A stretch of 64,000 nucleotides of DNA from Candidatus Palauibacter sp. (GCF_965208055.1 NZ_CBDBNY010000004.1:2814029-2878028); one strand, 5' to 3'. Counted from the first letter of the stretch, positions 1 to 9,545 are shown. The notes: generated from the sequence alone by a model not told the origin. Numbers and translations are program-made.

Positions 1-550
1 CGAGAAGACGTGCGCGACGGCCGACGTGAACAACGACGGCCTGCCCGACCTGCTTGTCGGAGCCTACTTCACCGACGAAGTGCTCACTTACCTGGGCGAC
101 GGGCGTGGCAACCTCGAACTGGGCACGCGCGTGCGCGCCGGCGGCAAGCCGTGGATGATCGTGTCGGGCGACATGAACGGCGACGGGAACGTCGACGTGA
201 TGTCCGCGAACCGCGAGGGGAACAACGTGGCGGTGCTCATCGGCGACGGCGCGGGCGGCTTCGCGGATCCCGTCGAGTACGAGACCGGCGACGCCCCGCT
301 GGCGGTCGACGTGGGCGACATCGACGGCGACGGGGACCTCGATGTCGTCACCAGCGACTTCGAGGGCAACAGCTTCACCGTGCACGAGAACGCCGGCGAC
401 GGAACGCTCGCGAACCCCCGGACGTATCCCGCGAGCACGAATGGTTCGTGCGTCGTCATCCACGACCGGGACCTGGACGGGGACCTCGATCTCACCGGCG
501 TGGATGAGACGGACGACAAGATCTTCATCCTGGAGAACCCCGGCCGGTGA
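1..550 (+). CDS. FG-GAP/VCBS repeat beta-propeller protein (5' truncated by window edge)
   Basis: Repeated DxNxDGxxD Ca-binding loops (DVNNDGLPD, DMNGDGNVD, DIDGDGDLD, DRDLDGDLD); frame is open back to position 2. Confidence 0.85.
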   Translation, partial: EKTCATADVNNDGLPDLLVGAYFTDEVLTYLGDGRGNLELGTRVRAGGKPWMIVSGDMNGDGNVDVMSANREGNNVAVLIGDGAGGFADPVEYETGDAPLAVDVGDIDGDGDLDVVTSDFEGNSFTVHENAGDGTLANPRTYPASTNGSCVVIHDRDLDGDLDLTGVDETDDKIFILENPGR

Positions 551-972
551 TCATGAAGTCGAAATCCACGAAATCGAAGCAGTCGAAGAAGGCATGGCGG
601 GAGGCGCTTCCCGAGCAGGCCTACAAGGTGCTGTTCGAGGAAGCGACGGAACGGGCGGGCACGAGCCCCCTGAACGACGAGAAGCGTTCCGGCACGTTCG
701 CCTGTGCGGCCTGCGGTCAGGCGCTGTTCACGACCGACATGAAATACGACAGCGGTACCGGGTGGCCGAGCTTCTTCGAGACGCTGCCCGAGGCCTTCGA
801 GACGAAACGCGACTTCAAGCTCATCCTCCCGCGTACCGAGTACCACTGCTCCGGCTGCGGGGGGCACCACGGCCACGTCTTCAACGACGGCCCCGAGCCC
901 ACGGGCAAGCGCTTCTGCAACAACGGCGTCGCGCTCCGGTTCATCCCGGACGACGACCGGCAGGACGACTGA
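547..972 (+). CDS. msrB: Peptide-methionine (R)-S-oxide reductase
   Basis: TERAGT, CAAC/CSGC Zn sites, KYDSGTGWPSF, HHGHVFNDGPEPTGKRFCNN; start GTG 547 or ATG 553. Confidence 0.95.
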   Translation: MIMKSKSTKSKQSKKAWREALPEQAYKVLFEEATERAGTSPLNDEKRSGTFACAACGQALFTTDMKYDSGTGWPSFFETLPEAFETKRDFKLILPRTEYHCSGCGGHHGHVFNDGPEPTGKRFCNNGVALRFIPDDDRQDD

Positions 973-1012
973 GCCGGTCGCCCGGGAGGGGCGTGGCGGC
1001 GGATACGGGGCC

Positions 1013-3301
1013 GTGCGCGCCCTGATCCGGCGCCCGGCGCCGGCGCTGACGGCCGGAGCGTTCGGCCTGCTCGCGGCGGCGTCCGGCGTGCAGGGCCAGC
1101 TTCCGGGCTCCAGCGGAGCCTGCGAAGCCCGTGGCGCGGAAACTCGCGCCGCCGGAGCCGCCGGGGCGCTCACGGACACGTCGACGGGGCGGGTCGCGGC
1201 CGACCTCCACTGCATCAGCCTCTACTCCACGGCGCGCGGCGGCGACGCGCAGGGGTTCGTCGAACTGGGGCGGGTGCCGTCGCCGTTCGGCGTCACGGTG
1301 ACGCCGTCCGGCCACCATGTCCGCGCGTTGACCGCGCACATCGAGGGCCTCCCGCCGCCCGGAAGCCTGGGGCCGTTCACGGTCTACATGGCGTGGGCGA
1401 CGCCGCTCGAGCTGGCTCCCGTGGTGCCGCTGGGCCCGGTCGACAACGGCGAACACCGGCTGGGGCGCGTCGCGTTCAACAAGTTCCTCGTGATGGTCAG
1501 CGCCGAGGCGTCGGCCGACGTCACGACGCGCGAGGGACCGCTCGTACTGCGCGGCCGTTCGCCGTCCGCGCTCATGGAGGCGCACGACCTTTTGGCCCTG
1601 GCGCCGTCGGCGACGCGGCGCGCGGCCGACCGGGCCCCGACGCGCTGGGACGCGCCCCCGGCGTACCCCGGCATCGCCATGCTGCCCGGCGTGATGGACC
1701 TGGAGCCGCGCGCCCGCCCCGCGAGCCTCGGAAGCGCGGCGGACCTGCCACCGTGGGAAACGCTCCCCGAGGCAACCGAGCGTCAACTGGTCGACCTTCC
1801 CGACGGGGGCACGCTCGACCTCGAGGCGACGATCGTCCGGCGCGAGATCGAGGGCCGCCGACTCGCCATGCTCGCCTTCAACGGCCAGCACCCGGGACCC
1901 CTCATCCGGGTCCCGGAGAAATCCACCATCTTCGTGAACTTCACGAACCGCACCCCGTACCCCACGGCGGTGCACTGGCACGGCATCCGACTCGACAACG
2001 ACTTCGACGGCGTCCCCGGCCTCACCCAGGACCCGGTCGAACCCGGCGGCTCGTTCCAGTACCGGGTCTTCTTCCGCGACGCGGGCATCTACTGGTACCA
2101 CCCGCACCACCGCGAGGACATCCAGCAGGAACTCGGCCTGTACGGGAACCTCCTCGTCGACCCCGCGGCCGCGGACTACTACGGTCCCGCGAACCGGGAG
2201 GAGGTCCTCATGCTGGACGACATCCTGCTCGACGCGGACGGACTGGTGGACTTCGGGGCGGAATCGGCGAACTACATGCTCATGGGCCGCTTCGGGAACC
2301 GGGCCCTCGTGAACGGCGAGCCCGGCTACAGACTCGAGGTCGACCGCGGCGAAGTCGTCCGCTTCCACCTCACGAACGCCTCCAACACGCGCACCTTCAA
2401 CCTCTCCTTCGTCGACATCGAAGGCGGCGGACTCCCGGATCCCGATCAGCGCGTCGCGGACCCCGACGTCGAGGATCCCCACCGTCTTCCGCTGAAGGTC
2501 GTGGCCTCCGACGTGGGCCGCTTCGAGCGGGAGGAATGGGCCCGGAGCGTCGTCCTCGCGCCGGCGGAGCGCTACGTGATCGACGTCCGCTTCGACCGCC
2601 CCGGCTCCCACGCGCTCGTCAATCACGTCCAGGGGATCAACCACCGCCAAGGCGTGTTCCGCGCCGAATTCCGGACGCTCGGCACCGTGAGCGTCGCGTC
2701 ACGGCCTGCGGCCCGGGACCACGGGCCGGCCTTCGAGACGCTGCGCGAGCACGCCGACGTGATCGCGGATATCGACCGCTACCGGCCACGCTTCGACGAC
2801 GAGCCCGACCGCGAACTCGTGATGACGCTGGAGACCGAGGACCTCCCGCTCTCCATCGAACGATCGATGGCCTACGACTGGGTCTACTTCAATCCGGTCG
2901 AGTGGACCGGGACGATGCCGCGCATGAACTGGGCCACGACCGGAAGCGAGGTTCGCTGGGTGCTGCGCGAGACCGCAACCGGGCGCGAGAACGACGAGAT
3001 CGAGTGGAACTTCGCGGTCGGGGACGTGGTGAAGATCCGCGTCATCAACGACCGCGGCGCCTTCCACGCGATGCAGCACCCGCTGCACATCCACGGCCAG
3101 CGCTTCCTCGTCCTGTCGCAGAACGGCGTGCCGAACCACAACCTGGCGTGGAAGGACACGGTCCTGCTGCCCGCCGCATCGACGACGGACATCCTGCTGG
3201 AACTGTCGAACCCCGGCCGCTGGATGATCCACTGCCACATCGCGGAACACCTCGAGTCGGGCATGAAGATGGTGATGAACGTCGCCGACGCCCCGCCGTG
3301 A
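1013..3301 (+). CDS. Exported multicopper oxidase with extra N-terminal domain
   Basis: Signal peptide; HWHG, WYHPH, HPLHIHG and HCHIAEHLESGM copper motifs. Confidence 0.92.
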   Translation: MRALIRRPAPALTAGAFGLLAAASGVQGQLPGSSGACEARGAETRAAGAAGALTDTSTGRVAADLHCISLYSTARGGDAQGFVELGRVPSPFGVTVTPSGHHVRALTAHIEGLPPPGSLGPFTVYMAWATPLELAPVVPLGPVDNGEHRLGRVAFNKFLVMVSAEASADVTTREGPLVLRGRSPSALMEAHDLLALAPSATRRAADRAPTRWDAPPAYPGIAMLPGVMDLEPRARPASLGSAADLPPWETLPEATERQLVDLPDGGTLDLEATIVRREIEGRRLAMLAFNGQHPGPLIRVPEKSTIFVNFTNRTPYPTAVHWHGIRLDNDFDGVPGLTQDPVEPGGSFQYRVFFRDAGIYWYHPHHREDIQQELGLYGNLLVDPAAADYYGPANREEVLMLDDILLDADGLVDFGAESANYMLMGRFGNRALVNGEPGYRLEVDRGEVVRFHLTNASNTRTFNLSFVDIEGGGLPDPDQRVADPDVEDPHRLPLKVVASDVGRFEREEWARSVVLAPAERYVIDVRFDRPGSHALVNHVQGINHRQGVFRAEFRTLGTVSVASRPAARDHGPAFETLREHADVIADIDRYRPRFDDEPDRELVMTLETEDLPLSIERSMAYDWVYFNPVEWTGTMPRMNWATTGSEVRWVLRETATGRENDEIEWNFAVGDVVKIRVINDRGAFHAMQHPLHIHGQRFLVLSQNGVPNHNLAWKDTVLLPAASTTDILLELSNPGRWMIHCHIAEHLESGMKMVMNVADAPP

Positions 3302-3311
3302 CGGGCATGTT

Positions 3312-3545
3312 ATGAAGACAGTGATTTCCCTCCCCGACGAACTGTTCGCCTCGGCCGAGGCGCTCGCAAAGCGGATGAGGGTCTCGCGAAGCGAACTCTA
3401 CGCGACCGCGGTCGCCGAATTCGTGGCGAAACATCGTGACAAGGACATCACCGAGCGGCTGGACGCCGCGTACGCCGACCTGTCTGGCGACATCGATCCT
3501 GCGCTCCGCCGGACGCAGGCCCGATCCGTCGCCGAAGAGTGGTAG
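3312..3545 (+). CDS. Ribbon-helix-helix antitoxin (MazE/ChpI-like)
   Basis: MKTVISLPDELF...SRSELYATAV RHH pattern, 77 aa, ends EEW. Confidence 0.8.
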   Translation: MKTVISLPDELFASAEALAKRMRVSRSELYATAVAEFVAKHRDKDITERLDAAYADLSGDIDPALRRTQARSVAEEW

Positions 3546-3587
3546 CGCCGGGTCGAAGCCGGACTGCGGCTCGTCCTGGATCTGTAG
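3546..3587 (+). pseudogene. C-terminal remnant of a MazF/PemK toxin
   Basis: Reads RRVEAGLRLVLDL-stop, resembling a typical MazF C-terminal helix; rest of the toxin is absent. Confidence 0.6.
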
Positions 3588-3879
3588 AAACGGAAACAAC
3601 CGTCAAATAAACATCTCGTTATTTGTCAATCAGTTACGACGATTGCGCCTGATCCGGCGGGTTTCCGGTCAAATAAAATCCGCCCCAAACCGGAGCCCCG
3701 TGCGACCCTCCCCCCGGCCATGTAGGCGTCCCCCAAGCGGAGTCTCCGTGTGGCCCGCCGTGTCGCGGACTGCCGCCACCCGGTGCTGTTGCCCGCCGCA
3801 TCGACGGGGAGCATGATGCTTGAGCCGTCGAACCCCGGCCAATGAACGATCCACGGCCACGTCGCGAAAGGACGCCTCG

Positions 3880-5328
3880 ATGACCGCCGCCCGCCTCCAC
3901 CGCGCCCCGCTCCTCGCGCTCGCCGCGACCATCCCGTGCCTCACGGTCGGCCTGCCCTCCGGCGCTCGGGCGCAGGAAGCGATGGAGGATTTCATCGCAG
4001 TGCAGGCGCCCACCGTCGCACTCGCCAACGTGAAGGTGATCGATGGGACCGGAGGCCCCGCCCTCGAGGGGCAGACGGTCGTCATCCGGGACGGCCGCAT
4101 CGCAGACATCGGCCCCGCCGACGAGGTCGCCGACCGGATCCGGAACGCGCAGGTCCTCGACCTGGAGGGCCACACGGTCATTCCGGGTCTCATCGGACTC
4201 CACAACCACAGCTACTACACGGGCGGGAACGGACGTGCCGCGCAGCTCTCCTTCTCGGGGTCACGGCTCTACCTCGCTTCGGGCGTGACGACGATCCGGA
4301 CGACCGGCGCGCGCGCACCGTACGAGGAGATCAACCTCAAGCGCGCGATCGACGAGGGGCGCGCCATCGGCCCCAACATGTTCACGACCGGGCCCTACCT
4401 GACGGGGCAGGAGGGCGCCCAGTCGATGGCGCAGCTCGAGGGGGCGGAGCAGGCGCGCCGTCTCGTCCGTTACTGGGCCGAGGAGGGCGTGCCCTGGTTC
4501 AAGGCGTACACATGGATCAGCCGCGAGGAACTCGGCGCGGCGATCGACGAGGCGCACCGCCACGGCGTGAAGGTGACGGCCCACCTCTGCTCGGTCGGAT
4601 ACCGGGAGGCGGTGGCGCTCGGGATCGACAACCTGGAACACGGCCTGCTCGCGAACAGCGAGTACTTCCCGGGGAAGGAGCCGGACGACTGCCCGTCCGG
4701 GTTCCGGAACGGCTACGCCGACCTCGATGTGAATTCCGAGGACGTCCAGGAGACGTTCCGCATGATGATCGAGAACGACGTCGCGATGACCTCGACGCTC
4801 GCGGTCTACGAGATCTCCGTCCCCGGCCGGGGTCCGATCGACGAGCGGATCTACGACATCCTCGCCCCGGAAATCGCGGCGGAGGTGCGAGAGATCGCGG
4901 ACCTGCGGCGGAACGCGACGCTCGACTCCGGGATCGGGATCCACCCCGACATCTACCGGAAGGCGCTCGAGTACGAGTACGCCTTCGTGCAGGCGGGAGG
5001 CACGCTCGCGGCCGGCGTCGACCCGACCGGATACGGGGCCGCTCCGCCCGGTTACGGCGACCAGAAGAACTACGAACTGCTGCTCGAGGCCGGGTTCACG
5101 CCCGCCGAGGTCGTGCGGATCATGAGCGCGAACGGCGCCAGGGTGCTCGGCATCGACGACGAAACGGGGACGATCGAGGTCGGCAAGATCGCGGACCTCG
5201 TCGTGCTGGAGGGCGACCCGGAAGCGGACGGGCACATCCGCGAGACGCGCATCGTGTTCAAGGGCGGCGTGGGCTGGGACGCGCCCGGGCTCATCGAGTC
5301 GGTCCGCGGCATCGTCGGCATCCGCTGA
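3880..5328 (+). CDS. Exported amidohydrolase family protein
   Basis: Signal peptide from ATG 3880; PGLIGLHNH, GVTTIR, VTAH, LEH, GTIEVGKIADLVVL. Confidence 0.88.
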   Translation: MTAARLHRAPLLALAATIPCLTVGLPSGARAQEAMEDFIAVQAPTVALANVKVIDGTGGPALEGQTVVIRDGRIADIGPADEVADRIRNAQVLDLEGHTVIPGLIGLHNHSYYTGGNGRAAQLSFSGSRLYLASGVTTIRTTGARAPYEEINLKRAIDEGRAIGPNMFTTGPYLTGQEGAQSMAQLEGAEQARRLVRYWAEEGVPWFKAYTWISREELGAAIDEAHRHGVKVTAHLCSVGYREAVALGIDNLEHGLLANSEYFPGKEPDDCPSGFRNGYADLDVNSEDVQETFRMMIENDVAMTSTLAVYEISVPGRGPIDERIYDILAPEIAAEVREIADLRRNATLDSGIGIHPDIYRKALEYEYAFVQAGGTLAAGVDPTGYGAAPPGYGDQKNYELLLEAGFTPAEVVRIMSANGARVLGIDDETGTIEVGKIADLVVLEGDPEADGHIRETRIVFKGGVGWDAPGLIESVRGIVGIR

Positions 5329-5394
5329 CGACGGTCCGGGAGCCGCCGCTCGACCCTCGCGGGTACCCGGGGCCGGCCGTGGAGTAACGGCTCG

Positions 5395-5778
5395 TCATGC
5401 GCACGCCGCGCAGCGACCGAACAGAATCATCTCGTGGCGGTCGACCTCGAAGCCCTCGGGCGCCAGTCCCTCGACTTCATCCGGGCAGCGATCGAAGTCG
5501 AACGCCTGATCGCAGGAGCCGCAGAGGAAATGGTGGTGATGCGGTCGGTCGGCCAACTCGTATCGAAGCCCACCGCCCGGAAGCTCCACTTCACACAACC
5601 ACCCTTCACGCGCGAGGATCTTCACGTTCCGGTAGACGGTGGCCAGCCCGAGCGACGGCACGATCCGTTGGCCGTGCTCGAGGACCTCGTCCGGCGTGAG
5701 AGGCCGTCCGACGCTCATGAACACGCGGCGGATCGCCCGGCGCTGACGGGTGTCTCGCTTGGCGGTGGTCGTTGTCAG
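5395..5778 (-). CDS. Fur-family transcriptional regulator
   Basis: TRQRRAI, LGLATVYRN, HHHHFLCGSC, C-terminal CAAC; start probably CTG 5778 overlapping the upstream stop. Confidence 0.88.
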   Translation of the reverse strand: MTTTTAKRDTRQRRAIRRVFMSVGRPLTPDEVLEHGQRIVPSLGLATVYRNVKILAREGWLCEVELPGGGLRYELADRPHHHHFLCGSCDQAFDFDRCPDEVEGLAPEGFEVDRHEMILFGRCAACA

Positions 5779-6203
5779 CCTCCTCGATCCGGGTGCTCTT
5801 CGTCGGCGCATACCGAGCACGCGCCGGCCTGGCATAGGCGGGCACTCTGCACGAGGGCGCCCGCGAGGGTCAAGCTGCCGGCCGTCGACGTCAGCGTCTC
5901 CGGCAGCGGCGCGAGCCAGCCGGCAAGGGAAGCGGCCCAGAGCACGGCGCCCCCGACAAAGGTGAGGACCAAGGCTGCCTTCCTGCGGGCCGGGCCCGCC
6001 GCGAGCGTCACCGCACCGAGGAAGGCGGTTCCGACCCACACGGCTCGTTCGACGCCTTCGGAGAGCGCGAGCGCCGGTGTTGCCAGGACCAGAACCGGCG
6101 TGAGGGCGCAATGCAAACCGCACAGGGCCGCGGCGTACGCGGCAAGTCGCGACCCGGAAACCAGATACGCGCTCGACGGGACGGTTGCGAAAGAGTCCTT
6201 CAT
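5775..6203 (-). CDS. MerC-domain membrane protein
   Basis: ALCGLHCALTP motif, four hydrophobic segments, C-terminal CSVC/His. Confidence 0.75.
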   Translation of the reverse strand: MKDSFATVPSSAYLVSGSRLAAYAAALCGLHCALTPVLVLATPALALSEGVERAVWVGTAFLGAVTLAAGPARRKAALVLTFVGGAVLWAASLAGWLAPLPETLTSTAGSLTLAGALVQSARLCQAGACSVCADEEHPDRGG

Positions 6204-6254
6204 TGCGGCGCCTCGAGAGCGGTGGCAGTTGGTCACGTGAGCATTCAACCTAAC

Positions 6255-6273
6255 TGATAATGAGTTGTCGATA
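6255..6273. promoter_or_regulatory. Possible Fur-family operator
   Basis: TGATAATGAGTTGTCGATA matches the GATAATGA half of a Fur box, upstream of merC-fur. Confidence 0.35.
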
Positions 6274-6384
6274 CCGTGTCATCAAGGTGCTGCGGGTTTG
6301 CCCTTATCCGCTCTCCCGCGCACTGTCGATGGCGTCACATCGGCGGCAGGAACGGAGCGAGGACGAGAGTGTCTGGCCCCAGCG

Positions 6385-7674
6385 ATGAAGCGCACTGATC
6401 TCCCGGCCAGCGGCGGCCCCGGTCACGATCGACGAGAAGCCTCTGCGGTAGCCTTCGGCGTCGGCGGGTGCCGCGGCTTTCGCGGGCTGATTCTGCGTCT
6501 CGCGGCGGCATGCATGACTCTGGGAGCTGTCACGGTTCCGTCCGCATCGGCCCAGGTCAGCCAGGTGGATTCGGCCGCCGTGCTGGTCGCAACCGCTGCC
6601 GACTTCGAAGCGCGGGGCGCGCTGGAGGTCGCGCGGGCGCTGTACCAGGAGGTCGTGCGCCGATACCCGAATACTCCGGGGGCGGAGAGGGCCCGTGCCC
6701 GGCTGGAGGCGTTGGAGGCGTCGGCGGACCTGGCGCCGGCGGACCCGGCGCCGGCCGCCGCCCCGCTCGACCGGCGCGGCGACACGGAGTTCCGCGTGTG
6801 GTCGACGCTCTACGGACTGTGGCTGGGGGTCGCGGTGCCGATGCTCGCGGATGCGGAGGGCTCCGAGTCCTACGGCGCGGGTCTGCTGCTCGGCGGGCCG
6901 ACAGGCTACCTTGCCGGACGCGTGTTCTCGCGTTCCCTCTCGGTGGGACGGGCACGCACGATCAGTTGGGCCGGCACGTGGGGCACCTGGCAGGGCTTGG
7001 GCTGGGCGCACACCCTGAATCTGGGCGGCGAGCCAGGCTGCGAGTTCTGTGCGGGCGAGAAAGAGGTCGTGGCTACCGCACTGGCCGGCGGCCTGGCCGG
7101 CATCGTCACGGCCGGCCTCCTCTCACGCGACGTCACGGAGGGAACAGCCGCGGCGACCTACCTGGGCAGCCTGTGGGGGACGTGGTTCGGCGTCGCGGGG
7201 GCGACCGTGCTGGATCTGGACGACGAGGCGGCGATGTGGGCGAGTACGCTGCTTGTGGGCAACGCGGGCCTGATCGCCGGAGCGCTGGCCGGGAGCCGCT
7301 TCGACCTTTCCTCCCATCGTGCGCACATGATCAGCCTCGGAGGTCTCATCGGCGGTTTCGGCGGGGTCGGCATCGCGCTCATCACGAAGCCGGACGGCAC
7401 CGGGGCCGCGTTCGCGATTCCGCTTGCGACGAGTCTCGCGGGTCTGGGCTTCGGGGCCCTGTTGACCGGGGAATCGGAGGGCGCGCCTGCGGGAGAGTCC
7501 AGCGCTGCCCGCGCGGCGTCCGGTTCGGCGTCGCCGGCTCTCCTGAACTGGTCCGCGGGAGCACCGCTTGCGGTGGGCCTGCCGCTGCCGTTCCCGACCA
7601 CCGTCCCCGATCCCGAGCGGAACGGACGGCGGTACACCGTCTGGAACGTCCCGCTCCTCCGCCTGCGCTTCTGA
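6385..7674 (+). CDS. Hypothetical exported/membrane protein: TPR-like helix pair plus Gly-rich hydrophobic repeats
   Basis: Signal ending ASA-Q; ARALYQEVVRRYPNT TPR-like segment; repeats YGLWLG/WGTWQG/WGTWFG; start uncertain (6385 or 6514). Confidence 0.7.
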   Translation: MKRTDLPASGGPGHDRREASAVAFGVGGCRGFRGLILRLAAACMTLGAVTVPSASAQVSQVDSAAVLVATAADFEARGALEVARALYQEVVRRYPNTPGAERARARLEALEASADLAPADPAPAAAPLDRRGDTEFRVWSTLYGLWLGVAVPMLADAEGSESYGAGLLLGGPTGYLAGRVFSRSLSVGRARTISWAGTWGTWQGLGWAHTLNLGGEPGCEFCAGEKEVVATALAGGLAGIVTAGLLSRDVTEGTAAATYLGSLWGTWFGVAGATVLDLDDEAAMWASTLLVGNAGLIAGALAGSRFDLSSHRAHMISLGGLIGGFGGVGIALITKPDGTGAAFAIPLATSLAGLGFGALLTGESEGAPAGESSAARAASGSASPALLNWSAGAPLAVGLPLPFPTTVPDPERNGRRYTVWNVPLLRLRF

Positions 7675-7679
7675 AGCGC

Positions 7680-8687
7680 ATGCCGGACCGCCCGCTGAAA
7701 GACCGGGTGGCCCTCGTCGCCGGTGCGACGCGCGGCGCCGGCCGCGGCATCGCCCGCATGCTGGGCGCGGCGGGCGCCACCGTCTACTGCACCGGCCGCA
7801 GCGTCCGGGGCCATCCCGCCACGCCGGGGCGGCCCGAAACCCTGGAGGAGACCGCGGAGTGGGTGACGGCGGAGGGGGGCCGGGGCATCGCCGTCCGCAC
7901 GGACCACACGATCGAGTCCGAGGTCGAACGACTCTTCGCCCGCGTGCGCGACGAGGCGGGGCGTCTCGATGTGCTGGTGAACGACATCTGGGGCGGCGAC
8001 GCGCTGACCGAATGGGGAAAGCCCTTCTGGGAACTCTCCATCGCGCAGGGACAGAGTCTGCTGGAGCGGGCGGTCGACACTCACATCATCACAAGCCGGC
8101 ACGGCGCCCCGCTGATGGTCGAGCGCAACGCCGGACTCATCGTCGAGGTCACCGATGGCGACACGTTCGGCTACCGCGGCAACCTGTTCTACGACCTCGC
8201 CAAGAACGCCGTCGTTCGGCTGGCTTACGCCATGGCGGCCGACCTCCAGGCCCACGGCGTGACGGCACTGGCGATCACCCCCGGATTCCTGCGTTCCGAG
8301 GCGGTCCTCGACCATTTCGGCGTCGCCGAAGCCGACTGGCGCGACGCGATCGAGAAGGACGAGTACTTCGCGGAGTCCGAGACGCCGTGTTTCGTGGGGC
8401 GCGCGGTCGCCGCCCTCGCCGCCGACCCGAAGGTGGCGGCCAAGGCGGGCGGGCTGTTCTCGAGTTGGGGATTGGCGAAGGAATACGGCTTCACTGATGT
8501 CGACGGACGCCAGCCGGACTGGGGCACGTTCTTCCTGCGCAAGGTGCGGGAAATCCTCGAACGGGACGCGCCGCCGGACGAGATGGACGCCTTCGTCGTT
8601 CGCAGCCGGCTCCACCAGGCGGAACTCGATCCGTCCGCCGCCGCGGAAGCCGAACGCCTGCGCGCCTGGCTCGCCCGCCACGAGTAG
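7680..8687 (+). CDS. SDR family oxidoreductase
   Basis: AGATRGAGRG, LDVLVND, YDLAK catalytic motif. Confidence 0.9.
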   Translation: MPDRPLKDRVALVAGATRGAGRGIARMLGAAGATVYCTGRSVRGHPATPGRPETLEETAEWVTAEGGRGIAVRTDHTIESEVERLFARVRDEAGRLDVLVNDIWGGDALTEWGKPFWELSIAQGQSLLERAVDTHIITSRHGAPLMVERNAGLIVEVTDGDTFGYRGNLFYDLAKNAVVRLAYAMAADLQAHGVTALAITPGFLRSEAVLDHFGVAEADWRDAIEKDEYFAESETPCFVGRAVAALAADPKVAAKAGGLFSSWGLAKEYGFTDVDGRQPDWGTFFLRKVREILERDAPPDEMDAFVVRSRLHQAELDPSAAAEAERLRAWLARHE

Positions 8688-8701
8688 CGGGCCTCGGACC
8701 A

Positions 8702-8717
8702 CGTTCCCGCGGGAACG
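8702..8717. repeat. Intergenic perfect palindrome CGTTCCCGCGGGAACG (copy 1)
   Basis: 16-bp palindrome just after a stop codon; same core at 50975-50992. Confidence 0.6.
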
Positions 8718-8741
8718 CGGCGGAGCCCCTTCCGAATCCGG

Positions 8742-9158
8742 CTACGTGACGGTCGGCACTTCGAGTCCCGCCGCCCGGGCCGCCTCGCCGAGCGCCCGAT
8801 CCAGCGTGGCAAGCGGCAGTCGCATCCGGCTGGCCAGTTCCAGATACGTGGCATCATAGACGGAGAGCCCGTGCGCGTGAGCGGTGTCGAGGACGGTTCC
8901 ACGGATGCGGGACGTGGAAACGGGATCGATCGTGAGCGGCAGAGCTTCGAGATTTCGCCAGATCCGCGGCCAATCGGTCTCGGCGATCCGGCTTCGCCGC
9001 GTAGCGACGAGCAGCACGTTCGCGACCTCGATCGGCCACAGGGCCGGAACGAACGCTCGCCCGTCCCTGAGCGCATCCCGGAGTCGAGCCGTCTCCTCGG
9101 TGGCCTCATCCGGAAATACCCAGGCCATCGTGACCGAACAGTCGAGCACGAACGTCAA
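8742..9158 (-). CDS. vapC: VapC PIN-domain toxin
   Basis: FVLDCS, EVAN, YDATY, LATLD acidic PIN residues; ATGA overlap with antitoxin. Confidence 0.92.
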   Translation of the reverse strand: MTFVLDCSVTMAWVFPDEATEETARLRDALRDGRAFVPALWPIEVANVLLVATRRSRIAETDWPRIWRNLEALPLTIDPVSTSRIRGTVLDTAHAHGLSVYDATYLELASRMRLPLATLDRALGEAARAAGLEVPTVT

Positions 9159-9397
9159 TGCCGGCGACCTTCCTGGATCATGTCCCGAACGGAGAGCCCG
9201 CCGAGACTGTGTGTCTCCTGGAACGCCTTCAGGTCGTCGATCGCCGCCTGAACCCGGGCGGGGTCGGTCCTTCGGAAGGGGATCAACTCGGCAACGGGAC
9301 GGCCGTGCCTCGTGATGACGAAACGCTCCCCCGTCTGCACGCGCCGCAGGAGGCGGGGGAGGTGGGTCTTGGCTTCAAAGGCGCCGACGTGCGGCAT
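9155..9397 (-). CDS. Phd/YefM antitoxin
   Basis: EAKTHLPRLLRRVQTGERFVITRHGRPVAEL. Confidence 0.92.
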   Translation of the reverse strand: MPHVGAFEAKTHLPRLLRRVQTGERFVITRHGRPVAELIPFRRTDPARVQAAIDDLKAFQETHSLGGLSVRDMIQEGRRH

Positions 9398-9438
9398 GAC
9401 GTGCTCCTCGCCTGGAATCGAACGCGGGAAGTTTCAAC

Positions 9439-9456
9439 TAGACTGATACTAGTCTA
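9439..9456. promoter_or_regulatory. Putative phd-vapC autoregulatory operator
   Basis: TAGACT-N6-AGTCTA inverted repeat about 40 bp upstream of the antitoxin start. Confidence 0.55.
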
Positions 9457-9545
9457 AACGGAGAATCTCACGCAACAGCTTCCGACAGCGGGGGACGACA
9501 GCCGGGGGAAAACGGCGCGGGGCTCGGCGATCCCGGGAGAGCGGC

